The notes beneath the pieces are model-generated. The model searched no databases, was not told the DNA's origin, and saw nothing but the letters and a program-made list of their open reading frames with translations. A program made the position numbers and the translations under genes. Positions 9,226 through 17,257 of a DNA stretch of 34,168 nucleotides are shown piece by piece. The DNA comes from a virus. Taxonomy: Duplodnaviria > Caudoviricetes. Each line of letters opens with the position of its first letter. Positions within the stretch are counted from its first letter, which is position 1. The DNA lies in the IMG/VR virus record IMGVR_UViG_3300036779_000090, positions 1 to 34,168 of that record, one strand, 5' to 3'.

Positions 9226-9415
9226 GCCTGCCCTTTCGAGACACCACGGCTGCACGCGTTGCGCCCGCAGACCTTTGAAGGGGAACCGTCACATCGGCAG
9301 CTTTGAACCGCGCGCCGGTTTCGCCCACGGACGCGGCAGGTACTAAACACCTGAGGGGTAGGGACAACCAGTCTCAGGTGTGTTGCCGCAACCAGGAACC
9401 TAGCACGCCCGGTGT
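9217..9415 (-). ncRNA. Candidate structured RNA inside the array cluster
   Basis: Stems acacctgag (9347-9355)/ctcaggtgt (9373-9381), extended by gcggca/tgccgc, and gtgtctc (9217-9223)/gagacac (9238-9244). GAAA/GCAA loop motifs on the minus strand. No convincing ORF. Confidence 0.35.
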
Positions 9416-9419
9416 GCTT

Positions 9420-9618
9420 GTGTCTATCCACTCGTATCGGCTCGCTCCATTTGCGTGTTTCGCTTTCGCTATCGTTGGCTCACTCCGCGTTTTTGTGTCT
9501 ATCGACGGCGCTGGTTCACATCCCACTTTTGTGTCTATCCTAGTTTTTGGTTCACTCCCTTGTGTCTAAATCAGATGCTATGGTTCACTCCTGTGGTCTG
9601 TGTCTATCACCATTGTCC
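9420..9618 (-). repeat. TIGR-like array, about 5.5 units, directly 3' of tRNA-His
   Basis: Edge repeats at 9439, 9477, 9513, 9549, 9582. Loop repeat gtgtctatc recurs. Confidence 0.88.
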
Positions 9619-9622
9619 TGGT

Positions 9623-9698
9623 TGGGGCGAGTGACGGGGTTCGAACCCGTGACCTTCGGAACCACAATCCACCGCTCTACCACTGAGCTACACCCGCC
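9623..9698 (-). tRNA. tRNA-His (GUG)
   Basis: GGCGGGTGTAGCTCAGTGGTAGAGCGGTGGATTGTGGTTCCGAAGGTCACGGGTTCGAACCCCGTCACTCGCCCCA. Cloverleaf, G-1:C73 His identity pair, encoded CCA. Top of the anticodon stem is weak. Confidence 0.93.
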
Positions 9699-9701
9699 GT
9701 A

Positions 9702-9886
9702 GTGTCACTTCTCCTGTGTGTCTCCGTCTGCGTCTAGGGTTCGATCGACTTGTGTGTGTCTATCGTTGTAACTGGCTCTCTTGACTTGTGTCTAATCCAG
9801 TTCGATGGCTCGCATCCTCCAAATGTTTCCGTCACAGAGCTTGGCTCGCTTCCCCGGCTTGTGTCAATCGGTAGGCTGGGCTGTTA
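9702..9886 (-). repeat. TIGR-like array, 5 units, directly 5' of tRNA-His
   Basis: Edge repeats at 9702, 9738, 9774, 9807, 9843, 9879. Confidence 0.85.
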
Positions 9887-10141
9887 ACAGTCACCGGCAA
9901 TAATCCGGTACATCTCCTTTTTGAGTTCCCCCATCCTCCGGTTGTGGTTCATTCTTGGCGCGCCCATCTTGCCGTGGAAGTGTACCGCCAACTTGTGTGC
10001 CATCTGTTCGACAGCCCGATTACTGCGGCCCAGACACTTCCCGGCCTCCCACGCGCTAAACCCGCGATCCGCATAGGATCGCAGCTTTAACACTTCCTGC
10101 GGTGACCACGGAGGTGGTCGCGGTTCGCCCTGCTTAGACAC
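9884..10141 (-). CDS. Small HTH (Myb/GcrA-like) DNA-binding protein
   Basis: WSPQEVLKLRSYADRGFSAWEAGKCLGRSNRAV pattern. GAGGAG RBS. Confidence 0.65.
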   Translation of the reverse strand: MSKQGEPRPPPWSPQEVLKLRSYADRGFSAWEAGKCLGRSNRAVEQMAHKLAVHFHGKMGAPRMNHNRRMGELKKEMYRIIAGDC

Positions 10142-10154
10142 GCTCTCCTCGTTT

Positions 10155-10416
10155 GCTTCTGTGTCTTTCTATTCGGCTCGCTCAGGCTTCTTGTGTCTGT
10201 TCCCGTTATCGGACTCATTCTACGGGTTTGCGTCTTTCGCGCGTAGTGACTCGTTTCCTCGTTGTGTCTCTATTCAACGGTGATGACTCGCACTGAGATT
10301 TTGTGTCTATTCCAATAGAGCGGCTCGTTTCCAACTCATGTTCGCTTACCTGTGACTCGTTCCTCCTGTTTGTGTCTATCCGGATAGGGGACTCGTTCAC
10401 ATTTAATGTGTCACTC
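10155..10416 (-). repeat. TIGR-like array, about 7 units
   Basis: Edge repeats at 10175, 10212, 10248, 10285, 10322, 10354, 10390. Confidence 0.87.
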
Positions 10417-10977
10417 TTCCATAAGGACTCGTAGCTGATGTTCCTCCTCCTCGATCATCACCCGTTTGTAGTGTACCGGCACCGGTGACAGTAACTCGAT
10501 ACTGTGGAACAGGTACACATCGGCATTCCACCCTGGCAGCGAGATCACCGGGACAGCGATCTGCCCCAGCTTCTCTTCCCTAGTAACCAACACTAACTCC
10601 GGTAACCGGTCCTGCTTGGCGATCAGCATCGGGCGCTTGTGGTAGAACTTCGCCTCTCGCACGGTGTGACACCAGAACCGGTACAGTCTGCCGGTGTTCA
10701 CCAATAGACCCCGCAGTATCTGCAAATCGTGGTAGTGCTTGGCCTCGATGTACCAGTCCCGCACCAGCCATGTCGACTTGCCGTCAATCGAGCTTATATC
10801 ACCCGCCTGGGCTTCCCGCCGCTTGCCGTGGCGCTTCCCCCTGGTCGCGGTACCGCCTGACATGGCGCTACGCCACAACAGGTCGTCGCGCTCACCGTCC
10901 GAGATCAGCAACGACAGTTCGCGGCTCAGCCGCCGCTCGTTGCGCGCACCCTTCTCCTTGCCGCCGCCCTTGCGAAT
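10411..10977 (-). CDS. Holliday junction resolvase (PD-(D/E)xK, phage type), probable ATT start
   Basis: Reads (I/M)RKGGGKEKGARNERRLSRELSLL...WRSAMSGG...AGDI...IEAKHY...PMLIAKQDR. The conserved K.KG..ER motif lies upstream of the track's TTG start at 10911. Confidence 0.8.
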   Translation of the reverse strand: MRKGGGKEKGARNERRLSRELSLLISDGERDDLLWRSAMSGGTATRGKRHGKRREAQAGDISSIDGKSTWLVRDWYIEAKHYHDLQILRGLLVNTGRLYRFWCHTVREAKFYHKRPMLIAKQDRLPELVLVTREEKLGQIAVPVISLPGWNADVYLFHSIELLSPVPVHYKRVMIEEEEHQLRVLMEE

Positions 10978-10978
10978 C

Positions 10979-11110
10979 TCACCCCTCCCGTAAACTGCCC
11001 ATCGCTTCCTTTTGGCAGCGTGGACACGATCGCTTATACCTACCGTGTTTGCAAGTCAGATGGTCACCCTCTTTGAATGGCGGTACGCTCCTAAAACGTG
11101 ATTCACTCAC
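10979..11110 (-). CDS. Possible small Zn-finger peptide
   Basis: Hand translation MSESRFRSVPPFKEGDHLTCKHGRYKRSCPRCQKEAMGSLREG. Its stop abuts the resolvase start. Confidence 0.4.
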   Translation of the reverse strand: MSESRFRSVPPFKEGDHLTCKHGRYKRSCPRCQKEAMGSLREG

Positions 11111-11171
11111 CTTCTTCGGCTCGGTTCGCGGCTCGCTCAGCCTCTCTGTTTCCATCTAAACAAGTGACTCA
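11100..11171 (-). repeat. TIGR-like array, 1 full plus 1 degenerate unit
   Basis: TGAGTC acttgttta GATGGAAAC agagaggct GAGCGAGCC. Confidence 0.7.
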
Positions 11172-11753
11172 CAACGCCGCCAGCTTGGCTTCGAATTCGA
11201 GGATGCGCCGCTGTAACCCCGCCATCTCGGTCTTCAGCACCTCCAACTCGGTCTTTAGTTCCGCGATACGGGTATCCTCGCGGATCGGTCCATAGGCTGC
11301 CTCGCGGATATCGCGGACACACGCCCACGGCAAATCGAGTTCCTTGCCGATCCGTTCGTCACTGTAGCCATCAATGTACCGGCCAACCGCGTCATCAAAA
11401 TTAGTGTCTAACAAGGTGCGGATGCGGTGACGCTCATTGGCGGTCAAGGCGCGCGGTGTCGGCACCAAGGTCGGTTTTGCTGTCGCTGCCATTGTCTTCT
11501 CCCTGTTCAGACACTCCGGGCAGACGCAATCACGAATACGGTGTATGTCAAACCGCCAGCCTTCTTGCAGGAACTTCTTTTTGATCTTCTCCGGTACGTC
11601 ACCAAAGGCCCAACCGATTTCGGTTTCGTGGTGACACCGGTTACACGTCACACTCACTAAGTGGTGGTACCCACCGCCGCCCCCGCGCATCTCGCGGCGT
11701 ATCCGATAGGTCGTGGTGCGATACGAGCGTTGGGTATGACGGTGTACTGTCAT
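11169..11753 (-). CDS. Hypothetical protein with Zn finger, HTH-like region and coiled coil
   Basis: CNRC...CPEC, YSDERIGKELDLPWACVRDIRE, C-terminal heptad repeats. Confidence 0.7.
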   Translation of the reverse strand: MTVHRHTQRSYRTTTYRIRREMRGGGGGYHHLVSVTCNRCHHETEIGWAFGDVPEKIKKKFLQEGWRFDIHRIRDCVCPECLNREKTMAATAKPTLVPTPRALTANERHRIRTLLDTNFDDAVGRYIDGYSDERIGKELDLPWACVRDIREAAYGPIREDTRIAELKTELEVLKTEMAGLQRRILEFEAKLAAL

Positions 11754-11764
11754 GCTGCCTTTCT

Positions 11765-11935
11765 GCTTCAGTCACTTTTGTTGACTCGTTCCCTCAGCTT
11801 GCGTCTATCCGTGCTTAGTGACTCGTTCGCTCTGTGTTGTTTCTAGTCGTATTCGATGACTCGTTCACTTTCTTTGTTTCTGGTCTTCAACATGACTCGT
11901 TCTGTTGATGCGCTTCTATCTAATTAAGTGACTCA
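11765..11935 (-). repeat. TIGR-like array, about 4.5 units
   Basis: Identical edge repeat gactcgttc at 11783, 11820, 11858, 11894, and a half repeat at 11930. Confidence 0.9.
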
Positions 11936-13765
11936 CTCCAGCCGGACACCTTCCGCCGACCGGACCACAGTGATGTTACCATCGAACGAACCGAGTGGCA
12001 AGGCGTGATGGTCTATCAAAAATATCCGCCGGTTAAGCTCGCGGGCACGGGTCTTTAGACACTCGATCAGGTCTTCGATCCCTTCCTGCGAAAGGTGGGT
12101 CGTCGGCTCATCGAGTATCTCGAAATCGGTATCCATACCAGCGCGGGATAGCAGTATCTCGGATAGCGCACTGGTCACTGCCAACTGCCACCGCTGTGAC
12201 ACGCCACCGGCATAGTTCTCCCAATCCACCGGCTTATCCTGACCGGGCGGGAACAGGAACACGGTGAACTTGTGTGACAAAGTACCGGATTGTGTCTCAC
12301 GTTCGGTGGCGAACTGTATCTCCCAGTTATCCAAGCCGAGTGACTCACTGTGACGGTTTGCTGCCAGTTCCAGTTCCATCAAGGTAGTGTCAATCTGATC
12401 GAGCCTGATCTCACGGAACCCGTTCTGCCAGAACCCGTAGATTTCCACTTCTTGTCGCGCGCGGCGTAACTCGGTACGGTGCTGGTTACGGGCAGTCTTC
12501 AGTTCCTGCATACGGGCATCGAGCTTGTCACACTGTTCGGTAAACGGGTTCACCTGTTTCACGGCTTCGACCAGCAAGTTCTTTACCCGGTGCATCTCAC
12601 GGGTATCGTGGATTGACTGACCGGCGGCTTGTGACACTTCATTCTGCGCCTTTTGGTAACCGGCCATTCCCTCTTCCAACTGGATGACCATAAGCTGCAC
12701 CGCTCTGAGTTCCTCCGCAAACTCTTTAGCATCTTCCGTATCACCCGCTATTCCTGCTTTCGCGTCTTTAATCTTCTTTCGAACGGCGGCAGCTTTTTCG
12801 GCGATATGCTCATCGGTCACCTCCTGGCCACACTCCGGACAGACACCATTTGCCGTGGCATAGGTAGCCAGATCAGTTTGTAACTGTTCGATCACTATCG
12901 TATTGTGACCAATCCGCTGGTTGGCGCTGCCGATATCACGGATCAGGTTGCGCTCAGTGAGCCGGTAATCGTTGAGTTCGCGCAGATTGTCACCGCTGAA
13001 CTTGGCGAACGCGTCGCGTGCCTTGTTTAATATCACCTCCGTCTTGTCACGCCGCGTCGTAGCGTTACGGACATCACTCTTGAGTGTTGTCACCATAGCG
13101 ACACGATCCACCTCAAACCGCTCTTCACGCTTGATCGCAGCTTCGCGCTGATCGGTTACTTCCGCCAGGGTACCCTGAGTGACCGCCAGTTCCTGTTCCA
13201 GCCGCGTGATGGCGCGCTCGATATCAGTCACCTTGTGACTGGCGCGATCGGCTGCCTTGACCCACTTATCGAGATCAAGTGTCTCGGAAAATATCCGTGA
13301 CTTCTCTTCGGGCCGCAGCCCCATGAACATGGTACCAAACTGATCGATCAATATCGTGCGTCTTAACGCGGTGTCACTCAATGGCAATAACTGATCAATA
13401 TCCCGTTGCTCGACAGTCCGTCCATCGAGGGTGAGTCGGCTCGGATTACGATAACGCTCAAGCTGGTGGATGTTGCCATCGAGAATAAACCAACCGGTGA
13501 CACCAGCGGAACTACCGTCTGCGTACCAATTGACGATATCGGCACCGGGTCGGTTTGAGCGGCTTGTGCGCGCCTGTAATAACCAAGAAAGTGCCTCGCA
13601 GAATAGGGTAGATTTGGCGGCATCGTTGGCTCCCAGCCTGGGGTACAACTCGTTACGACCGGCGATGAAGTACAAACCGGGTGGCTGATCAAAGATCAGT
13701 TCCACCGTGCCCTTCACCGCACGGAAGTTGGTCACTGTGAGCTTCTTCAGGCTGAGTAACCCCAT
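11933..13765 (-). CDS. SbcC/Rad50/gp46-like SMC ATPase of a recombination nuclease
   Basis: NFRAV, Walker A-like GANDAAKST, coiled coil with CPECG zinc hook, signature YAGG, Walker B ILDEP, IDHH. Confidence 0.9.
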   Translation of the reverse strand: MGLLSLKKLTVTNFRAVKGTVELIFDQPPGLYFIAGRNELYPRLGANDAAKSTLFCEALSWLLQARTSRSNRPGADIVNWYADGSSAGVTGWFILDGNIHQLERYRNPSRLTLDGRTVEQRDIDQLLPLSDTALRRTILIDQFGTMFMGLRPEEKSRIFSETLDLDKWVKAADRASHKVTDIERAITRLEQELAVTQGTLAEVTDQREAAIKREERFEVDRVAMVTTLKSDVRNATTRRDKTEVILNKARDAFAKFSGDNLRELNDYRLTERNLIRDIGSANQRIGHNTIVIEQLQTDLATYATANGVCPECGQEVTDEHIAEKAAAVRKKIKDAKAGIAGDTEDAKEFAEELRAVQLMVIQLEEGMAGYQKAQNEVSQAAGQSIHDTREMHRVKNLLVEAVKQVNPFTEQCDKLDARMQELKTARNQHRTELRRARQEVEIYGFWQNGFREIRLDQIDTTLMELELAANRHSESLGLDNWEIQFATERETQSGTLSHKFTVFLFPPGQDKPVDWENYAGGVSQRWQLAVTSALSEILLSRAGMDTDFEILDEPTTHLSQEGIEDLIECLKTRARELNRRIFLIDHHALPLGSFDGNITVVRSAEGVRLE

Positions 13766-13832
13766 GTGTCACTCCTACCGGCTGTTTCTGTCGCTAATCG
13801 ACAGTGATTCACTCCATCTGCGTGGCTTTCAT
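13766..13832 (-). repeat. TIGR-like units (about 1.5) between the sbcD-like and sbcC-like genes
   Basis: GAGTGAATC ... GACAGAAAC agccggtag GAGTGACAC then ATG. Confidence 0.6.
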
Positions 13833-14803
13833 CCTCCTAAGAGTTCCCGACCGATTTTGATGTACTCCTCGTTCAGCTTGTGTCGCTTGGCGTAGTCATC
13901 AAATAGCTGGTCTAGCGTCAGGAACTCAGCTTTCGTGTTTCCGTGCTTTGTCGTGGTTTCGATCGGCATGGCTTCGACACCAAATAGTACCCAACCCTTG
14001 TCAGTGGCATACTGCCTGATCCGCTCGCGGATTTCGTGCCAAGTGTCGTAGTCACTGCGGCGCAGATGGTAACGGATACGGATATGGTCACCCGGTTCCG
14101 CGATCAAAGTACCGAGTCTTTTAACGCTGTCCAGATTGAAGACACACTTGCGCGGGGCGGGGTAGTGTAACTCGTTGGTCTTGCCATTATTGTAAACCAC
14201 CAACACTCGTGGGGTGAACGTGTCACCAAACCGAATATGATACGGGGCACCGACATACTCAATATTCTTGCGGACCTTCTGCGGGACGTGAATGTCACCG
14301 GAGTACAACATGCCTTTATAGTCACTGAGCCGTGCCGGATCGACACCTGGGAGAAGCGAACCATTTTCCGCTTCCGCTCCATCAAACGTAACGTGTGTGA
14401 AACAGAAAGGGAAATCGTGAAGTTGAAAGTTCCACTTCTCACCGGCAGGGACAAATGTCGCCTTCCCAATTGATAACTCAGCCACGGTTGAAGTTTTGAA
14501 GTAAGTGATCTTGGCATGACTGCCGACAAAGGCAAAGAACGGATCGAGCGGGTCAATATAGTCATGGTTCCCTTTCAGAAAGTAGAGGCGGCACAGATCG
14601 GTCACTATACCGGCACTCGCCACCAGCCGGTTCACCAGCCGCGCGGGGTGCCGGTCCTTGGCATCGGTCAGGTCACCCAGGTGGATGATCTCGCTGGCCT
14701 GGACTTTCTCAACTTGGTCACGCAGCCAAGGCCACAACCCCCAGCGATACTCGTCGTTCGGGCGGTCGGTCAGATGAGTATCGGACACCAAGATCGCAGT
14801 CAC
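13829..14803 (-). CDS. SbcD/Mre11/gp47-like metallophosphoesterase nuclease
   Basis: Motifs SDTH, GDLTD, GNHD, GDIH, YVGAP. GTG at 14803 follows GAGGGGG. Confidence 0.9.
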   Translation of the reverse strand: MTAILVSDTHLTDRPNDEYRWGLWPWLRDQVEKVQASEIIHLGDLTDAKDRHPARLVNRLVASAGIVTDLCRLYFLKGNHDYIDPLDPFFAFVGSHAKITYFKTSTVAELSIGKATFVPAGEKWNFQLHDFPFCFTHVTFDGAEAENGSLLPGVDPARLSDYKGMLYSGDIHVPQKVRKNIEYVGAPYHIRFGDTFTPRVLVVYNNGKTNELHYPAPRKCVFNLDSVKRLGTLIAEPGDHIRIRYHLRRSDYDTWHEIRERIRQYATDKGWVLFGVEAMPIETTTKHGNTKAEFLTLDQLFDDYAKRHKLNEEYIKIGRELLGG

Positions 14804-14989
14804 GCTACCCCCTCTTGCTCGATGCCTGGGCAATTGTCACCACGGGCAACTATCGACTCCTCCGCAACCCGCTGATCAAAGTACCGTTTAATCCGATCGA
14901 CTGGCTTGCCACAAAACCAGCCGCGCGGCCCCATCACCCTGCCCGATCTTGCACACGTCCTTTACATAGACATCATCCAAGATCATTAG

Positions 14990-15100
14990 CGTTCCGCCCT
15001 TTGTGTTTCCGTCCTACAAGATGACTCGTTCATTTCATCTGCTTCATTCAGCAAGGGTGACTCGTTTCCGCTGCTTGCTTCTATCACACAAGATGACTTA
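14990..15100 (-). repeat. TIGR-like array, about 3 units
   Basis: Edge repeats at 15023, 15059, 15095 (36-nt period). Confidence 0.85.
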
Positions 15101-15292
15101 TCTCGCGTAGTAAACCAAGGCAACCGTGACAATCGCAATAAACGCGCTGACTGCTACAAACTTCAGTAGCCCATGCATGACATGCACACAACGCCGGTTA
15201 CGCAACGGCTCGCACTCGATTAGTGCCGGTCGCGGCGCGCGATTGAAAGCGTCCCGTGGTTCCCATACATCGTTGTCGGGCCAGTTTGGCAT
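15098..15292 (-). CDS. Small membrane protein
   Basis: GGAGGGG RBS. C-terminal hydrophobic helix FVAVSAFIAIVTVALVYY. Confidence 0.6.
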   Translation of the reverse strand: MPNWPDNDVWEPRDAFNRAPRPALIECEPLRNRRCVHVMHGLLKFVAVSAFIAIVTVALVYYAR

Positions 15293-15335
15293 CTACCCCT
15301 CCGTTTGGGGATCATGTTTCTGACCGATCGCGTGA

Positions 15336-15485
15336 CTAGTAGTCGAAACCTCTACCGTAACAAATCGGACACTCATACCCGCTAGGATCGTCACCGGAAC
15401 CGCCGCAAAAGAAACAGAACCAAATCCTGGTCCGACCCTTAAGCACAAAAGGGTACCGGGGGTGATAGTACCACCAGAACCGCAT
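15336..15485 (-). CDS. Small DnaJ-type Zn-finger peptide
   Basis: Hand translation MRFWWYYHPRYPF...CFFCGGSG...CPICYGRG. TGATG coupling to the upstream gene. Confidence 0.5.
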   Translation of the reverse strand: MRFWWYYHPRYPFVLKGRTRIWFCFFCGGSGDDPSGYECPICYGRGFDY

Positions 15486-15922
15486 CAGGCTTGCGTGATC
15501 AACTGTACCACGTTGACTGCCTTACCGTGACCTTTAAGGTCTTCCATCCACACCGCATCACACGCGATCAGATTGTCTTCGGCACGATCGATGTCACTGT
15601 GTGGTCCGGTAAAGCCGAGATGTTCCGCTACCATCCACACCGCGTACTGGTTAGGCACTCGATCTTCGTTGGGTGATGACATTGACATGTGCCGCGCGGC
15701 TCGGCCATTTGGGTGATTTATCTCGGTGCTAAAAGTCACCATATAGCCAAATGGCAGCATTACTGTCTGATCGTTCATCCGGCGCATGTGCTGCTTTTTG
15801 TGACGCGGGTTCTTTAGACGCGGCATCAGAACGGCCATGTCGACCGGATTCGCTTCAGCGAGTTCCTTCAACTCAACCAGCTTGGCGATTTCATCCGCGC
15901 CTATGATAAAAGGTGTCGGCAT
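15485..15922 (-). CDS. Hypothetical protein
   Basis: 145 aa with a GAGGGGG RBS. Contains ARHMSMS. Confidence 0.7.
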   Translation of the reverse strand: MPTPFIIGADEIAKLVELKELAEANPVDMAVLMPRLKNPRHKKQHMRRMNDQTVMLPFGYMVTFSTEINHPNGRAARHMSMSSPNEDRVPNQYAVWMVAEHLGFTGPHSDIDRAEDNLIACDAVWMEDLKGHGKAVNVVQLITQA

Positions 15923-16385
15923 TTTTCGTTACCCCCTCTGATGACCTCAACGCTTTGCCGCGCTCGCGATACCACTTTCGTCCTGACTCTCGGTCACACT
16001 CCCGACACCTACGACCACCAGAAGGCATAAAATAGGTATTCTCGTCAGTGAACTCGTGACCGTGAATACAGTATACCTTAGCCAGATTGATGGCGGTATA
16101 TGATACTCCCCTTCGCCAATTTTCATAAAATGTAACCGGCTCCAAATGATTCGGGTTCATGCAAGACGGCACCCGACAATTATGATCGATTTGATACCCA
16201 AAAGAAATACTACCACGGAAAAACTCCCAAGCAAGCCGGTGAGCGGGGATACTCTGCTTACCATCCTTCAAGACGGCGTATCCCTTTTTATTAACGCGAC
16301 CCTGCCACAACCAATGCTCATCATCACCGCGATTCACGGGAAGATTGGCAAAAAACCTATCCTTCAGACTGGGGTATCTTCTCAT
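15891..16385 (-). CDS. HNH homing-type endonuclease
   Basis: WLWQG..NKKGY...AHRLAW...IDHNCRVPSCMNPNHLEPVT..EN, plus CIHGH...CREC. Start MRRYPSL. Locally AT-richer. Confidence 0.88.
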   Translation of the reverse strand: MRRYPSLKDRFFANLPVNRGDDEHWLWQGRVNKKGYAVLKDGKQSIPAHRLAWEFFRGSISFGYQIDHNCRVPSCMNPNHLEPVTFYENWRRGVSYTAINLAKVYCIHGHEFTDENTYFMPSGGRRCRECDRESGRKWYRERGKALRSSEGVTKNADTFYHRRG

Positions 16386-16554
16386 CAGAATCACCCTCAC
16401 AACAATAGGAAAGACCACAACCGCCGCAATCAGGGCAAGGCACAAGAAATGGTAAGCCATGCGGGTTCTCGATCTCTACCCGCACGCCAAATAGGGTAAC
16501 CGGTAATGCAGGGTTAAGCCGCTTACCGGAGCCTTGACAGGTTTCGCAGCGCAT
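16357..16554 (-). CDS. Small DnaJ-type Zn-finger protein
   Basis: CETCQGSG...CPDCGGCG...CC. Confidence 0.65.
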   Translation of the reverse strand: MRCETCQGSGKRLNPALPVTLFGVRVEIENPHGLPFLVPCPDCGGCGLSYCCEGDSDEKIPQSEG

Positions 16555-16772
16555 CAGTCTTCATCCTCCCCACCATCGGCGATGTACCAATTTCGCTCAC
16601 CGCGCGGGCACTCGTCGCGCATCAGTAACAGACACCGCCGGACGCTTGCGGAAGAGTCACCATAAGACTGCGTCTCATGGTCACAACGGCTACAAGTAAC
16701 ACTAACACTATCGATCGCGCGACCGTCATCATTCTCCAACTCGCAGTAATCAATCGAGCATGTCACTTCCAT
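16554..16772 (-). CDS. Hypothetical protein
   Basis: 72 aa with CSRC, translationally coupled to its neighbours. Confidence 0.65.
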   Translation of the reverse strand: MEVTCSIDYCELENDDGRAIDSVSVTCSRCDHETQSYGDSSASVRRCLLLMRDECPRGERNWYIADGGEDED

Positions 16773-16773
16773 G

Positions 16774-17064
16774 TTACCTGTCCCTCAGATCGATCAGCCG
16801 GTACCCTCTCCTGGGAATATGCTGAATCGTCCAGTCGACGGTCAGGTACTTGCGTAACCGGCACGCGAGGATTTTGACACCGAGTTCCGTGCTACGCAAG
16901 CGGTCACACAGATCGTACATCGGTACAAACCGATTGGGGAACTCGCCGAGTACATGCAGGAGATTGGCCGCGCTGGGCGTAGGCTGACCCTTCAACTCGA
17001 TTGTCATCGGGTCATCAAACCCGATCCGCATCGAGGATGGGATCATGGTCGGACGGCGGGGCAT
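16774..17064 (-). CDS. Winged-helix (OmpR C-terminal-like) DNA-binding protein
   Basis: TP....LL..L......V....L...L......VK....RLRKYL....I......GYRL pattern. Confidence 0.65.
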   Translation of the reverse strand: MPRRPTMIPSSMRIGFDDPMTIELKGQPTPSAANLLHVLGEFPNRFVPMYDLCDRLRSTELGVKILACRLRKYLTVDWTIQHIPRRGYRLIDLRDR

Positions 17065-17257
17065 GGCCGTCCGACCAATCGGTGTGCGGTCGCTAGTGAG
17101 GGCTTCTTAGCGCGGCACCTCAAAAAGGGTCCGGTGGACCCACGGGAAGATTCACCGCATCGGCTAACACCGCTCAGAAGCGTCATATACTTCCGTTCCT
17201 GGAAACATTCAAGCGTCACGGTGGTTCCTTCTCGAAAATGTCACAACGCCGTCGCGG

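Noticed and set aside
16386-16460. Hydrophobic N-terminal extension making the HNH protein look membrane-anchored
   Set aside because: It overlaps the upstream Zn-finger gene in another frame. A better start with an RBS is at 16385.
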